A stretch of DNA of 64,000 nucleotides from Akkermansia muciniphila. GTDB taxonomy: Bacteria; Verrucomicrobiota; Verrucomicrobiia; Limisphaerales; UBA9464. Positions 29,209 through 39,048 of the stretch are shown here, piece after piece. The stretch is from positions 235 to 64,234 of the forward strand of contig CAMCYJ010000001.1 in the NCBI GenBank assembly GCA_945883815.1, written 5' to 3'. Both the position numbers and the translations under genes were made by a program. The notes below the pieces were generated by a model that made no database searches, was not told where the DNA came from, and was given only the letters and a program-made list of their open reading frames with translations. Position 1 is the stretch's first letter. Each line of letters starts with the position of its first letter.

Positions 29209-30189
29209 TCAGAGTATTTCTGGTAATCCCACGGCATCGACCCGCAGGTCTCGCAGCGTAGAAAGATTCGTCCAGGGAGTTCCGCGAATGGGCCGGGCTC
29301 CATCTTTGCGTTTCGCGCCAAAAAGCGAGCGGTACCGGTGAAAAACCCCGTTCACAAACTCTCGAGACCCCAACGCCACCCCATCCGTCAGGTGCCGAAC
29401 GCGCAGCCGCAAGACTTCGGCCTCACTCAACCGCCCGCCCTGGCTCATCACCCGTCGAATAGCCTCCCGATCCAGTGCTTGCTTCGAGCTGTGCCCGCTG
29501 ACACCTCCCTGAGCGAACAGCAGTTCACGGTATTGCGCCGCAGCAGCGATCCAACGGCGCTCTGAGAAGGCACTCATCAGCCCGTGTTGGATCTCCTTCT
29601 GGCCCACCAAAGCGGCCGCATATCCGCAGAATCGGTAATGCTTCGGATCGCTCACCAAGCCAGCGCGGACCGGATTCAGGTCGATATAGGCGGCCACAGC
29701 CCGCAGAGCCTCCGGAGAATCCTCCACCAGAACACTTTTAAAACGCTCCGCCCACAAAGTGCCGAATCGACCTGTTTGACGGTTATACCAACGACTGAAG
29801 CGCTGCTTGAACTCCTTCATGAACACCGACACATCTCCCATTCGGCCCAGAAGCGTTTCCCGGACATGGACTGGCATTCGCCCGTGTTCCTTCATCGAAT
29901 CCCGGGCCAAAACCACCAAAATCCCGTTCCGCCCATAGAAATCTTCGGCTCTGCGGAACACCTCCCCATCGCTCAGAGGCACCGCCAGCGGCACGCGCAC
30001 CAGCACATGGAAATGGTTCCCCATCATGCAATACGTAATCACCTCCATCCCGCAAAACCGAGCCAAGCGCATCAACAGCGCAGCCAGCCTCTCCTTGCAT
30101 GCCTCATCCAGCAGCAACTGCCCCCCCACCGTCCTGGAAACACAGTGATAAACAGCCCCACCCACCCCTTTGATCCGTGCCAACCGCAT
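29209..30189 (-). mobile_element. RAYT-like Y1 HUH transposase (IS200/IS605 superfamily)
   Basis: VYHCVSR, YCMMGNHFHVL (HUH), GTLWAERFKS, YIDLNPVRAGL (catalytic Tyr); no tnpB alongside. Confidence 0.88.
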
Positions 30190-30298
30190 GCCCAACACCT
30201 TACCCATCAAAATACTCATGTCTACAAATATTGAACCTGTCACTTTATATTTATTTTGGTTTGACTGGGGGGTGGGGTTGTTTTATCGAAGTGAAGTT

Positions 30299-31540
30299 AT
30301 GGCGATTCGCAGATCTTGGTTGGCTTGTTCCTTGGGGGCGCTGGCGGCGGTTTCTGCCTGGGGGGCGGATTGGCCTCAGTGGCGGGGGGAAGCGCGCCGG
30401 GATCATTCTCCGGACAAGGGCCTACTGACTCAGTGGCCTCAGGAGGGGCCCAAGCGGCTTTGGCTCTTCGAAAACGCGGGGCTGGGCTATGCGGGCTATT
30501 CGATCGCGAGGGGTTCTCTGTTCACGATGGGACTCCGGGAGGGTCAGGAGTTCCTGATCGCGCTGGATGCTTCGAGTGGCAAGGAATTGTGGAGCTCCCC
30601 CGCTGGGACGCGGTACCCGAACGACTGGGGCGACGGCCCTCGAATGACTCCCACGGTGGACGGTGACCGCGTCTTCGCCATCGGCGGTCAGGGGTTGTTG
30701 ATCTGCGTCCATGCGAAGGACGGAAAACAAATCTGGTCAAAGAATCTGGTGACCGATCTGGGCGGGAAACTCCAGGACTGGGGGTACACCGAGTCCCCCT
30801 TGGTGGTCGGCGATATGGTGATTTGTTCGCCCGGCGGATCTCAGGGAACTCTGGCAGCCTTGGACAAATCCTCTGGCGCCGTCCGGTGGCGCTCCAAGGA
30901 CATCACCGAAAATGCCCAGTATTCGTCCCCTATCCTGATCCAACACGAAGGCCAATCTCAGGTGGTGCAATTGGTGATGAACCAGTTCTTCGGAGTTTCA
31001 CCCAAGGACGGTTCGGTGCTCTGGAAGAAGAATTTTCCGGGACGAGTTGCCGTGATTCCGACGCCTATTTATGAGGACGGGATCGTTTATGTGACGGCTG
31101 GCTATGGTGTCGGTTGCGAGGCCATTGGCTTGGGCAAGGGCAACACGGTCGAGCCTCTCTACTCGAACAAGGTGATGAAGAACCACCACGGCGGCGTGGT
31201 CTGCGTCGATGGTCACTTGTACGGCCATTCCGATGGCGCCGGCTGGGTTTGCCAGGAATTGAAGACGGGCAAAGAAGTCTGGTCGCACAAAGGATTTGGA
31301 AAGGGTTCGGTCACCTACGCCGATGGCAAATTGATCTGCTTGGATGAGCGCAGCGGAGATGTCGCTCTAGTTGAAGCCAGCACTCAGGGTTGGAAGGAAA
31401 TCAGCCGCTTCAAACTCAACCCGCTGACCTCAAAACGCAGCCCGCAAGGCGGCATCTGGCCACACCCCGTGATCGTCAATGGTCGACTCTACCTGCGGGA
31501 TCAGGAGTTGCTCCACTGCTTCGATGTGAAGTCGAAGTAG
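30299..31540 (+). CDS. PQQ-binding-like beta-propeller repeat protein
   Basis: Signal peptide, ADWPQWRG, GPRMTPTV, YSSP, WPHPVIVNGRLYLRDQ. Confidence 0.88.
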   Translation: MAIRRSWLACSLGALAAVSAWGADWPQWRGEARRDHSPDKGLLTQWPQEGPKRLWLFENAGLGYAGYSIARGSLFTMGLREGQEFLIALDASSGKELWSSPAGTRYPNDWGDGPRMTPTVDGDRVFAIGGQGLLICVHAKDGKQIWSKNLVTDLGGKLQDWGYTESPLVVGDMVICSPGGSQGTLAALDKSSGAVRWRSKDITENAQYSSPILIQHEGQSQVVQLVMNQFFGVSPKDGSVLWKKNFPGRVAVIPTPIYEDGIVYVTAGYGVGCEAIGLGKGNTVEPLYSNKVMKNHHGGVVCVDGHLYGHSDGAGWVCQELKTGKEVWSHKGFGKGSVTYADGKLICLDERSGDVALVEASTQGWKEISRFKLNPLTSKRSPQGGIWPHPVIVNGRLYLRDQELLHCFDVKSK

Positions 31541-31680
31541 GATCGCCTACAACCAACGACAGCGGTCCGGATGTTTGTCGAGGGGCTTTGCGGGGGCGCA
31601 TGGTGACAGGCGCGGTCCTCGCGACATTCTAGCGTTGTCCGCCTGTGAATCAGGCTCTTTGCGGAGACCTTTGCACCATC

Positions 31681-32514
31681 TCAATCCCGACTGGCGTGGA
31701 GATCGCACCAGAACTCCCTGCCGTGCGAGGTCCAGTGGCGGTAGTGGCGGTGCCACAGGGCTTTGACCGCATCACCGGATACCCACGTCCCGGTCAGGTT
31801 CGATCCAAAATCGCCGGAGGATCCGATGGGAAAATCACGCCCCGGAAACCGTCGGGATCGCTGACCCAAGGCGCGGATCCGCTGATAACCCACCAGCTTG
31901 CGGATCAATCGATACGGCCAGGCCCGATGCGCCGTCAGGATTCTCGGAAATTGCGCCGTCCAACCCAGCGGCCCAGACCAATCGTCGATCGGTAGCAGGG
32001 AACTTTGCTCCACCAGCATGAATCGTCGGTAGCCCAGCGCCTCACAGGCAACAACCAAAGCCACATCGGAGACCTCCACCGACAGGTAATCGGGCAAGCC
32101 CACTTCGCGGACCCCGTCGAGGCAGAAATGATCCGCACTTTCGATATCCACTTTCAGGTAGTGGGGAACGCCGTATCGCCGCAGTAAATCACTGAAGCGA
32201 ACCGCAGGAACCGTGACCTTTCGATGCCGATGCCCACCCCGGGCCGCGCTGGCCACGTCGAGAGCACTCCATTCTGGGTGATCCTCATTGATCCAAAACT
32301 CCACCTCTCCCGGTTCTCCCGCGACTGCCACGTTGAGTATTGTCAATCGCCCCGCGCGAACCGCATCCGGGAAACGGGTCGCCACTTGCCGGCAGAAGGC
32401 GTCGTTCGCCTCAATGGCCACCACCTGGAATCCGCACTCCAGATAATAGCCGGTGTCGTCCCCATTGTTCATCCCCACGTCGAAGATGAGGTTGGATGTG
32501 GATGACTTGATCAT
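31681..32514 (-). CDS. FkbM-family methyltransferase
   Basis: IFDVGMNNGDD, VVAIEAN, YLKVDIE. Confidence 0.82.
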   Translation of the reverse strand: MIKSSTSNLIFDVGMNNGDDTGYYLECGFQVVAIEANDAFCRQVATRFPDAVRAGRLTILNVAVAGEPGEVEFWINEDHPEWSALDVASAARGGHRHRKVTVPAVRFSDLLRRYGVPHYLKVDIESADHFCLDGVREVGLPDYLSVEVSDVALVVACEALGYRRFMLVEQSSLLPIDDWSGPLGWTAQFPRILTAHRAWPYRLIRKLVGYQRIRALGQRSRRFPGRDFPIGSSGDFGSNLTGTWVSGDAVKALWHRHYRHWTSHGREFWCDLHASRD

Positions 32515-32617
32515 GCGCGAGACTTTAATGTCGCCCACTTTCGGGGAACAGGTTTTTGGCAAAGGATCGGCAAATTGCGCCAAAAGTCCTGTTATCGCCG
32601 CCAATATGGACCAATCG

Positions 32618-32807
32618 ATGAGTTCTGGGGCACGACAAGGAGGTGTTGAGGAAGCTGCGACGGTGCTACCAAGATGCAGGAGCCGAGCATCGCAAGAAGC
32701 TTATTGATCAGACGATTGAACTGCTGGGCTACCATCGCAAGTCTGGGATCCGGGCGCTGAGTTTCGTTCAGACAGAACGAGGAAGGCGGACCAATGCAGG
32801 GCGCCCG
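32618..32807 (+). pseudogene. 5' fragment of an IS transposase (integrase-core/ISNCY-like), frameshifted
   Basis: MSSGARQ/EVLRKLRRCYQDAG...KKLIDQ...LLGYHRKSGIRAL...GRP matches an IS transposase N-terminus pattern. Frameshift near 32638; no DDE core. Confidence 0.65.
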
Positions 32808-32975
32808 ACGCTCTCGCTCAACCGCACCGGCGATGCGATCACGGTCACCTTCACCGGCAACCTGCAGTCCTCCACCTCGATCAGAGGAGCGTTCTCGAAG
32901 GTGACTGGAGGGGCGAGCCCCGATGCGGTGCCCGCCCCGACCGGCGGCAGCCGGTTCTACCGCAGCATCAAGTGA
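32805..32975 (+). pseudogene. Orphaned C-terminal 'FYR' domain of an exported protein
   Basis: PTLSLNRTGDAITVTFTGNLQSSTSIRGAFSKVTGGASP...SRFYRSIK-stop, followed by a terminator. Confidence 0.6.
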
Positions 32976-32997
32976 TCTAGCGGATTCAACGATTCGA

Positions 32998-33031
32998 AGC
33001 CCGGGAAGGTTCCTCCTTCCTGGGTCTTTTT
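32998..33031 (+). terminator. Intrinsic terminator
   Basis: CCCGGGAAGG-TTCCT-CCTTCCTGGG stem then TCTTTTT. Confidence 0.65.
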
Positions 33032-33175
33032 GTTGCCCGAAGACCCTGGCCTGGCCAACCGCATCACCTCGAAGTGGATATCCGATGGATTCCTTTCCCG
33101 GACTCTCAAATCCCGGACAATCCCGGACTCCCAGTTGCCGACCCGATTGAGGCGAGTCATCCTCCGGATCGCGAC

Positions 33176-33826
33176 ATGATGACCACCTCACCTGAGCAAC
33201 TCCTCGGCGCCCTGAATTGGCGCTACGCCACCAAGAAATTCAAGGCATCGACCCCCATACCGGCCGACCTCTGGAAAACCTTGGAAACAGCCCTCGTCCT
33301 CGCTCCTTCCAGCTTTGGCTTGCAGCCGTGGAAATTTGTCGTGGTCACCGATCCCCAGGTCAAAGCCCAGCTGGTGCCCCAATCGTGGGGACAATCCCAA
33401 CCCGCCGACTGTTCCCACATGGTGGTTTTTGCGGTCAAGACCGGTCTGGATCAGGCCCATGTGGATCACTTTCTGGCCCGCCAAATTGAGGTCCGCGGCG
33501 GATCCTTGGAGGCCTTGGCCGGCTACCGCGGCATGATGTTGGGAAGCCTTCAAAAGGCGACCGACGCCGGATACCTCGACGTCTGGCAAACCCATCAATT
33601 GTACATCGCCCTGGGTCAGTTCATGACGGCGGCGGCCTTGCTGGGCGTGGATACCTGCCCGATGGAAGGCATAGTTCCGGTGGAATATGACCGAATCCTC
33701 GGGCTCACCGGTTCCGGCTACAAAACCGTGGTCGCCTGCGCCGCCGGATACCGCGCGGATGACGACAAATACGCTTCCCAGCAAAAGGTCCGCTTCCCTG
33801 CCTCTGAGGTGGTGAAGCACATTTGA
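33176..33826 (+). CDS. NfsB-like NAD(P)H nitroreductase
   Basis: LNWRYATKKF, LAPSSFGLQPWKF, GVDTCPMEG, KVRF. Confidence 0.9.
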   Translation: MMTTSPEQLLGALNWRYATKKFKASTPIPADLWKTLETALVLAPSSFGLQPWKFVVVTDPQVKAQLVPQSWGQSQPADCSHMVVFAVKTGLDQAHVDHFLARQIEVRGGSLEALAGYRGMMLGSLQKATDAGYLDVWQTHQLYIALGQFMTAAALLGVDTCPMEGIVPVEYDRILGLTGSGYKTVVACAAGYRADDDKYASQQKVRFPASEVVKHI

Positions 33827-33904
33827 GTGTTTCGGGCAGCGGGTGACCCTCCGACCCCGCCGGAAGGTCACCGCTGCGGCTCGGGCTTGCCCCCACCCGC
33901 CGAC

Positions 33905-34029
33905 CTTCCTTCACGAGAGCTTCGTTGTTTGCTCCTTACGGGCCTACAATCGGCACGCGCCTCGCGCTCGCCTCGTCTTGCGAAAGAATCCGCAGCCAAG
34001 GCGACCGATCCAATTGAATCGTTCCGGCC
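33905..34029. mobile_element. Partial miniature inverted-repeat element
   Basis: 33905-33990 aligns with the reverse complement of 37416-37513 (GAGC.TCGTTG, TTACGGGCCT, GCCTCGC.CTC, CGTC.TGCGA.AGAAT); ends CGACCGATCCAATTGAATCGTTCCGGC. Confidence 0.65.
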
Positions 34030-34385
34030 AAGGATCCCATCGCCATTCCCTCGGTCTTTTCGATCAAGCAGGACGTGCCAAATGACCGGATCCCACTCCA
34101 ATCCGTATCCAAGCGTGCTCGTGCTGCGGGGGCGATACAAGGTGTTGGAATTCTAACCCATCCCAACGTTCAACCCTTGCCAGATTCTCAATGAAGGCAG
34201 GGGTAATCCCAGCCTTGAATGCCGACCAATTCGTTCCCGATATCCCACCGGTAGCGAATCCTCATCCCAAGACGCACCCCAAAGACGCGACCCATGCTGA
34301 AAGAAGCCAGTTGTGCCGTTTTTTTCGCCCTCCCAACTTCTGCGTGGCAAGACCCCCAAGATCGCTACCATCATTCTAACTACGA

Positions 34386-35639
34386 ATGCGCAGACACGTG
34401 GCCATTGTGGGGGGCGGAGTCATCGGACTGAGCACCGCTTATTATTGTGCCAAGGCCGGTTACTCGGTGACGGTCATTGATCGGAATCCACCGGCCCGCA
34501 ACGGCTGTTCCTTCGGCAACGCCGGCATGGTGGTGCCCAGCCATTTCATCCCGTTGGCCGCGCCGGGCATGGTGGCCCTGGGTCTCAAGTGGATGTGGAA
34601 TCCGGAATCCCCCTTCTACATCCGCCCACGCTTCGACGCGCAACTCTTCGAGTGGGGATGGCGCTTCTGGCGAGCCAGCACCGCCGAACGGGTCCAGAAG
34701 GCCGCGCCACTGCTGCGGGACATCAGCCTGGCCAGCCGAGCGGCTTTTGAAGAACTGGCCGCCCTGCCCCAACTCGACTTCGGCCTCGTGAAGAAGGGTC
34801 TTCTCATGCTGTGCCGCAGCCAGCACGCCCTCGACGAAGAAGCCCACACGGCGGCCCAAGCCCGCGCCTTGGGTATCCCGGCCGATGTGCTGGATGCCCG
34901 GCAAACCGCGGCTCTGGACCCGGCCATTACGATGTCTGTCGCCGGATCGGTTCATTTTCCCCAGGACTGCCACCTGAGCCCCGACCGCTTCATGGCCGGC
35001 CTTCAGAGTGAGCTAGAGCTCCTGGGATGCCGCTTCCGTTGGAATGCCGAAGTGCGCGGCTGGCAAACCGAACACGGTCGGGTCCGGGCAGCCTGGGTCG
35101 ATGGAGAAGCCCTGGAGGCCGATGAGTTTGTGCTGTGCGGCGGATCTTGGTCGCCCGAGACCGCCCCTCAACTCGGTCTCAACCTGCCCATCCAGGCGGG
35201 CAAGGGCTACAGCCTGACCCTCCGACAACCCCGGGAATTGCCCCAACTGTGCTCCATTTTCACCGAAGCCCGGGTGGCCATCACGCCAATGGGCGACACC
35301 CTGCGCTTCGGTGGAACCATGGAAATTGGGGGCCTCAACGAGACCATCAATCCGGTCCGGGTGCGGGGCATCATCAAGTCGGTGCCAAAGTATTTCCCGC
35401 GATTTGAGGAGAGCGATTTCGCCGGCATCGAACCGTGGTTCGGATTACGACCCGTTCCTCCCGACGGGCTGCCTTACATCGGCCGGACGAAACGACTCGC
35501 CAATCTCTGTCTGGCCACGGGCCATGGCATGATGGGCATTAGTTTGGCCCCGATCACCGGCCAACTCGTCGCCGACACACTGACTGGGGCCCGCCCTCGC
35601 TTCGATCTCTCGCTACTCTCGCCCGATCGGCATTCTTGA
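34386..35639 (+). CDS. FAD-dependent D-amino acid dehydrogenase family oxidoreductase
   Basis: IVGGGVIG, CSFGNAG, GKGYS, WFGLRP.PPDGLPYIG, ATGHGMMG. Confidence 0.88.
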   Translation: MRRHVAIVGGGVIGLSTAYYCAKAGYSVTVIDRNPPARNGCSFGNAGMVVPSHFIPLAAPGMVALGLKWMWNPESPFYIRPRFDAQLFEWGWRFWRASTAERVQKAAPLLRDISLASRAAFEELAALPQLDFGLVKKGLLMLCRSQHALDEEAHTAAQARALGIPADVLDARQTAALDPAITMSVAGSVHFPQDCHLSPDRFMAGLQSELELLGCRFRWNAEVRGWQTEHGRVRAAWVDGEALEADEFVLCGGSWSPETAPQLGLNLPIQAGKGYSLTLRQPRELPQLCSIFTEARVAITPMGDTLRFGGTMEIGGLNETINPVRVRGIIKSVPKYFPRFEESDFAGIEPWFGLRPVPPDGLPYIGRTKRLANLCLATGHGMMGISLAPITGQLVADTLTGARPRFDLSLLSPDRHS

Positions 35640-35754
35640 GCGCCTGTGCGAAATGGCGAATCCACCGGGTCTCAGCCGATATCGAGGGCACCCACTCCCA
35701 AAGCTCCGACGGACTCCCAGTTTTGAGATAGGAGCCTCAAAATGGGCGCCTTTG

Positions 35755-35821
35755 AAACGGACGGCGATGAAAAGGGACGGCGATGAAAACGGACGGGGGT
35801 CGGCTTTTTGAGCCGACCCCC
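35755..35821. repeat. Short tandem repeat plus GC-rich palindrome
   Basis: GGACGGCGATGAAAA twice plus a partial copy, then GGGGGTCGGCT-TTTTG-AGCCGACCCCC. Confidence 0.7.
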
Positions 35822-36028
35822 AAGTGATGGAAACAATTACGCCTTCACTTCAGGCGCCATAAACCCGACGGGACAAACACCCAACCCCTACCCGCATGCC
35901 CCGCCGCATGCACGCTTCCTTTGCCAACCTTTAGCGGATAGTAACCAACCACCTACTCCGACTTCGAAACTTCCGGATTGCTCAAAGTATTTTAAGAAAT
36001 CTCTGCCGGAGCCCAATGCGCCGGAAAA

Positions 36029-36652
36029 TTAGGGAGCAACCGGCTCCGTCACCCGCAGCATGACCTCATTGCGGCGGAAGATCGAAGGCGTCCAAGGAGG
36101 ATCGAAGTAGCCGTAGATCGGCACAGGATCGGCCACGGACAGCCCACGGGCCGCCACCCAAGCCCTCAACTCCCCCAAGAACTCCTCCTCCCGTTCCAAT
36201 GAACGGCCACCACTGAATCGCCGGACCGCAAAGCGCCCCGCCGGCACTTCGCGACGGCGAACCGAGGCATCGCTGGGGGCCGGAACCGCCGTGGCGACCA
36301 TGTCTTTGGGCATCACAAACGCCATGACTCGTTGGGTGGAGTTCCCGGGCGTCGCTGTCGACGTCATATAAACCGGAGTGGTCATCGCGATCTTCTGCTG
36401 AGCCTGGTTGCCCCCGGTGATAAACCGGAACAGACGACCAAAACTACCATCCGAATCGCCCGAGGGTGATGCCATGGACGTCTCGACCCACTGCAATGTG
36501 GGATACTCTCGCAGTTGGAAGGACCCGTCGGACTGGATCACCCGGTACGATGCCGTTTCGTAACCGGCACGGATCGCTTGGCAACCGCCAGCCGCAACCA
36601 GAATCGCCACCAAAACCACAGCAGATCCAATCGCGATTACCTGAGTCTTCAT
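36029..36652 (-). CDS. SOUL-family heme-binding protein (possible lipoprotein)
   Basis: YETASY, FGRLFRFITGGN...KIAMTTPV, MAFVMP, FDPPWTP..FRRNEV; AGGC lipobox-like. Confidence 0.88.
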   Translation of the reverse strand: MKTQVIAIGSAVVLVAILVAAGGCQAIRAGYETASYRVIQSDGSFQLREYPTLQWVETSMASPSGDSDGSFGRLFRFITGGNQAQQKIAMTTPVYMTSTATPGNSTQRVMAFVMPKDMVATAVPAPSDASVRRREVPAGRFAVRRFSGGRSLEREEEFLGELRAWVAARGLSVADPVPIYGYFDPPWTPSIFRRNEVMLRVTEPVAP

Positions 36653-36726
36653 GGCATAAACCATCGACTCGATGGATCTCATTGCAACTATCAACTTGCC
36701 TTACCCCGTCGTGCCATTAGGCGCAA

Positions 36727-37365
36727 TCAGGCCAAAACCGCCCGAATTACCTCCCCATGGACATCGGTCAAACGGCGATTGGCCCCCTGGTGGAGGACAT
36801 TGAGTCGCTCGTGGTCCAGACCCAACAGATGCAACGCCGTGGCGTGGAAATCGTAGGTGGTGGAGATATCGCGTGCAGCCTTCCAAGACCACTCATCGCT
36901 TTGACCGTGAGCAACCCCGGGTCGCACCCCCGCTCCAGCCATCCAACCCACGAAGGTGCCGCCATTGTGGTCCCGACCTTCGCTGCTCTGGGCAAACGGC
37001 ATCCGTCCAAACTCCGTGTTCCAGAGGACCAAGGTATCTTCGAGCAGCCCACAGGCCCTGAGGTCCTGAAGCAGTCCGGCGATCGGAAGATCTGTCGCCG
37101 CGCACATCGGCGGGAGTTCCTTGGCCATATTGGCATGGTTGTCCCAATTGCCCGTCGGCCCCCCGGCACCACTCCAGACTTGGACGAAGCGGACCCCGCG
37201 CTCCAACAACCGGCGGGCCATCAGGCAACGGCGCCCAAAATCTTCGGATTCGGGACGATCGAGACCGTACAGCCGACGGGTAGCCGGACTTTCCGCGCTC
37301 AAATCGAAGGCCTCCGGTGCACCCAATTGCATGCGGGCGGCCAACTCGTAGGCCTGGATCCGCAC
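36727..37365 (-). pseudogene. 3' half of a DUF1501 gene
   Basis: RIQAYELAARMQ...LMARRLLERGVRFVQ...TEFGRMP...GRDHN aligns only with the C-terminal part of the 12851-14326 paralog; N-terminal half missing. Confidence 0.85.
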
Positions 37366-37370
37366 ACTGG

Positions 37371-37555
37371 AACCGGGACGATTCAGTTGGGAGGAAAGCG
37401 ATGGCGAGCGAGGCGAATTCTCTCGCAGGACGCGAAGAGAGCGAGGCTCGGGCTATGCTGATGCCCGTGCTTGAGGCCCGTAACGAACGCCCAACGACGC
37501 TCTTGAAACAGAAGACGCCGGCCAGCACGACCGATCCAATGGAATCGTTCCGGCT
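37371..37555. mobile_element. Miniature inverted-repeat element (MITE-like), about 185 bp
   Basis: Left end AACCGGGACGATTCAGTTGG and right end CCAATGGAATCGTTCCGGCT are imperfect inverted repeats; interior homologous to 33905-33990. Confidence 0.65.
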
Positions 37556-37580
37556 GAGCATTCTCCGGGAAGCTTCCTGG

Positions 37581-37647
37581 GGTAGGGCTATTTTCTCAGA
37601 AAGCGCAGCGTCTACGGTGCCGGACCGCTCGGAGATCGCTCCCTACC
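37581..37647. repeat. Degenerate inverted REP doublet (REPIN-like)
   Basis: GGTAGGG... and ...GGACCGCTCGGAGATCGCTCCCTACC face each other; right arm resembles 181-208. Confidence 0.5.
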
Positions 37648-37971
37648 TCGGAGGTCTTCAGGTGATAGCTGGGGGGCGATGGGATTGGGATTCTCTAGGG
37701 AGGGCTGTAGACCGATGGACCAGAAATGCCGACGCGCCAGATCGGTGGCGGTGAGATGTTGGTCGGTGAACCCAAACCAGATGGGCGAGGGACCTGCGGT
37801 AGCGTCCAATTCCAGCCGCACTGTTGGGTCTGCCTCCTGTGGGTGCATCGAGGTATTGTTTTTGTCCTTACAACCAACGCCGCCAGACAGCGCTCTCATT
37901 TTCCAACTGAATTGTTCCGGCAAAGAGTTCCACCGTTGACCCCTGCGCCGGCTTACTTAGCCTCAGGACCC

Positions 37972-39048
37972 GTGAGCCGATTTTCCGTGCGTCTGTTGCT
38001 GGTGATGACCTGCCTGTGGATCGGGGTGATGAATTGCCCCGCGCCCTTGATCTATCGACCCGGTGAAGGTTGGACCTACGAGGCCGTCGGCGCCGGGGCT
38101 GCCTGGCAACGCAAGCGGGCCAAAGACCAATTGGTCGTGGCTCAGGAGGCCTTCGACGCCGGCCAGTACCGACTCGCCCTCAAAGCAGCCCGATACACCA
38201 CCAAGACCTGGCCGCTTTCCGATTCGTCCGGCCGCGCCCAGTACCTGATCGGCCGCTGCTATGAAGCCCGGAAAATGGATGAACGGGCCTTCAAGGAGTA
38301 CCAGAAGGCCCTGACCAAATATCCCAAGCTGGACAACTACTCGGAGATCCAACAGCGCCAGTTCGAAATCGCCAATCGCTACCTCGGCGGGCAGTGGTTC
38401 AAACTGTGGGGCTACATCCCCTTCTTTCCGTCAATGGACCGGACCGCCAAACTCTTCGATGATGTCAACAAAAACGGCCCCTACAGTGACCTCGGGCCCA
38501 AGGCCTTGATGAACATCGGTGCCGCCCGTGAAAAACAGAAGAACTACCGCCTTGCGGTGAGGGCCTACGAGCGTGCCGCCGACAAATATTATGACCGCCC
38601 CAAGGTGGCAGCCGACGCGATGTATGCCGCGGGTATCGCTTGGAACCGACTGGCCCGGCGTGCCGAGTACGACCAGTCCATCGCAGGGAACGCCATCAAC
38701 TTCCTCAACGACTTCAAGGCTCTCTATCCCGATGATCAGCGCTCCGAAGAAGCCACGAAGATCGTCTCCACATTGAAGACCGAACAGGCTCGGGGCGCTC
38801 TGAAGACCGCCGAGTTCTACGAGAAGTACAAGCGCTATCAGGGTGCGTTGGTCTACTACAACGAGGTGCTCGTGAAAGACCCCAATTCCACGTTCGCCGC
38901 CCAGGCCCGCGAACGGATTGAATTCCTCAAACCCAAGGCACAACGGCAGGTGCGTCGGTGGTCGGAGGTTGACGCCCGCCAACTGGAGCGTGAGCGCATC
39001 AATGCGACCAACGCCCCGGCTGGCAAGACCCCGAAAAAATCCCAATGA
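37972..39048 (+). CDS. bamD: Outer-membrane protein assembly factor BamD-like TPR protein
   Basis: APLIYRPGEGW, TPRs, DFKALYPDD, AEFYEK...ALVYYNEV; directly upstream of lptE. Start estimated. Confidence 0.75.
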   Translation: MSRFSVRLLLVMTCLWIGVMNCPAPLIYRPGEGWTYEAVGAGAAWQRKRAKDQLVVAQEAFDAGQYRLALKAARYTTKTWPLSDSSGRAQYLIGRCYEARKMDERAFKEYQKALTKYPKLDNYSEIQQRQFEIANRYLGGQWFKLWGYIPFFPSMDRTAKLFDDVNKNGPYSDLGPKALMNIGAAREKQKNYRLAVRAYERAADKYYDRPKVAADAMYAAGIAWNRLARRAEYDQSIAGNAINFLNDFKALYPDDQRSEEATKIVSTLKTEQARGALKTAEFYEKYKRYQGALVYYNEVLVKDPNSTFAAQARERIEFLKPKAQRQVRRWSEVDARQLERERINATNAPAGKTPKKSQ

